Positions 62,475 through 64,000 of a stretch of 64,000 nucleotides of DNA are shown here, piece after piece. Both the position numbers and the translations under genes were made by a program. The stretch is from the NCBI GenBank assembly GCA_963921275.4, contig OZ001293.3:5760001-5824000 (forward strand), given 5' to 3'. Below the pieces are notes generated by a model that was not told where the DNA came from, searched no databases, and saw nothing but the letters and a program-made list of their open reading frames with translations. This stretch comes from an uncultured Hormoscilla sp. (GTDB taxonomy: Bacteria > Cyanobacteriota > Cyanobacteriia > Cyanobacteriales > Desertifilaceae). Position 1 is the stretch's first letter; each line of letters opens with the position of its first letter.

Positions 62475-62873
62475 CGCCAAAGCGACAATTAAATTAGATC
62501 ACCTTGGGGTCGCCAGGGAAGGGTAATCATCAAACCCGCATATAGAACGCCTCGGTAAACTATACCCCGATCGGCCAAGGCCCGCACGGCAGAGGAAAGA
62601 ATCTCTTGTTGAATGCGTTGCATCAGGTTTGGAGTTACAATTGGAGCCGGGGCATAGGCACCCATGCTGCCAGTATTAGCACCCGTATCTCCTGGGCCAA
62701 TGCGCTTGTGGTCTTGGGCGCTCAATAGGGGGATAATTGCTTGACCGTCAGTTAAAGCCAGAATCGAGACTTCTTGACCATATAAGCATTCTTCAATCAG
62801 GATCTGGGAACCCGCCGCCCCAAATTTACCTGTAAAGGCAGCCTCGATCGCGGCTTCTGCTGCTGCTAAAGTA
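62475..62873 (-). pseudogene. purD: Phosphoribosylamine-glycine ligase fragment
   Basis: IEECLYGQEVS...QDHKR...DTGANTGSMGAY...YAGLM, frameshift, then KVI*FNCRFG; cut by IS982. Confidence 0.9.
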
Positions 62874-64000
62874 ACCTAAGTTGCGACCTATTAAAAAAAT
62901 ATGAATTACCCACTTAGACTTTACAGATATTTGGGATATTTCGTAGCTTTTGATACAAAATTATATTTTTTTTGTGCTATACGGCGGGTTGGCTGTTTAT
63001 AGGTTATAATGTACTAAAATAATAGTTAACCTAAGTTGCTACCTATAGAACCTCAACTCCTTGCAAAGCGCCAAAATCAGCCAAAATCAGCCAAAATTAC
63101 CTTGTGATTTACCCCAAAACAGCATTTTGGCGAATAAATTTACCAAAATGGCTGTCTGGGAGGTCGCAATTTTTATAGGTAGCAACTTGAGTTAGTTAAT
63201 TGCTGGGGGATGTAGATGATGGAAGATATGATTACAACAATTTTTGTTCTTTGTGACGAGCTACTAAAAGCGTTAAATATAAAAGAAGATCCACAAGTAA
63301 AAATGAACAATGCCGAAGTGATGACAGTCGGATTAGTTGCTGCATATTTTTTCGGAGGACACCACGATCGCTCTTGTCAATTTATGGTCGAACACAAGTA
63401 TATAAAAAATCTGTTAAGTAAAAGTAGGTTCAATCGTCGATTACACAATATTGACGAACCAATTTGGATGTTTTTCTTCCAAGTTATAGCTCAAACATTT
63501 AAAGAGCTCAATCCGGGTCAAGAATATATTCTTGATAGTTTCCCGGTGCCAGTATGTGATAATATTAGGATTAATAGATGCCAAATTTATAACAAGGAAG
63601 AATATCGAGGGTATATTGCCAGTAAAAAACGTTATTTTTATGGATTAAGAGTTCATATGTTGGTAAACAAAAATGGAAAGCCAATAGAATTTTATCTAGA
63701 TCCTGGTAGTTATAATGATGTTAAAGTTTTGCAATCTTTTGGCTTTGACTTACCATCAAATTCAATAGTTTATGGAGATAAAGCTTATAATGATTATCAA
63801 TTAGAGGATTTACTAAAAGAGTCGTCAAGTATAATGTTAAAACCTTTGCGAAAAAAGAACTCAAAAAGAAAAGAATATTCTTGTTTTGAATATATACAAA
63901 AAGTAACAAGAAAACAAGTTGAAACCTGTTTTAGTCGAATCACCAATTTGTTTCCCAAGTCAATTCATGCTGTTACATCTAAGGGATTAGAGTTGAAAAT
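62874..64000 (+). mobile_element. IS982 copy 3 (runs off the window; transposase ATG at 63216) with a nested 164-bp IS982-type MITE at 63029-63192
   Basis: Same TIR and ORF as copy 1; MITE TIRs ACCTAAGTTGCTACC / GGTAGCAACTTGAGT; TSD TAGTTA. Confidence 0.9.

Overview
Chromosomal window of a cyanobacterium (abundant HIP1 GCGATCGC, cyanobacterial rRNA operon) that is decaying heavily: many nonsense pseudogenes, IS elements and MITEs. Contents in order: a phylloquinone cluster (menI, menE, menC, menA, menF, menD); two ORF-less group II introns; an IS110 left-end remnant with a recognisable bridge RNA; glyQ; a 16S-tRNAIle-tRNAAla-23S-5S operon; a ruined FAAL/acyl-CoA dehydrogenase/PKS/AfsA-like cluster; rseP and serS; peptide ABC transporter genes; two large intact caspase-like multidomain genes; xisH/xisI; toxin-antitoxin debris; and a broken purD. 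The most notable observation is that the bridge RNA target guides spell AGCCCGC-CT-GCGC. That sequence occurs in a REP-like palindrome inserted in frame in menE, menD and (one mismatch) menC, and the IS110 end itself abuts a degenerate copy of the repeat. The men genes also carry many other frame-preserving, often nested, mini-repeat insertions. All calls come from reading the sequence by eye; no searches were run.
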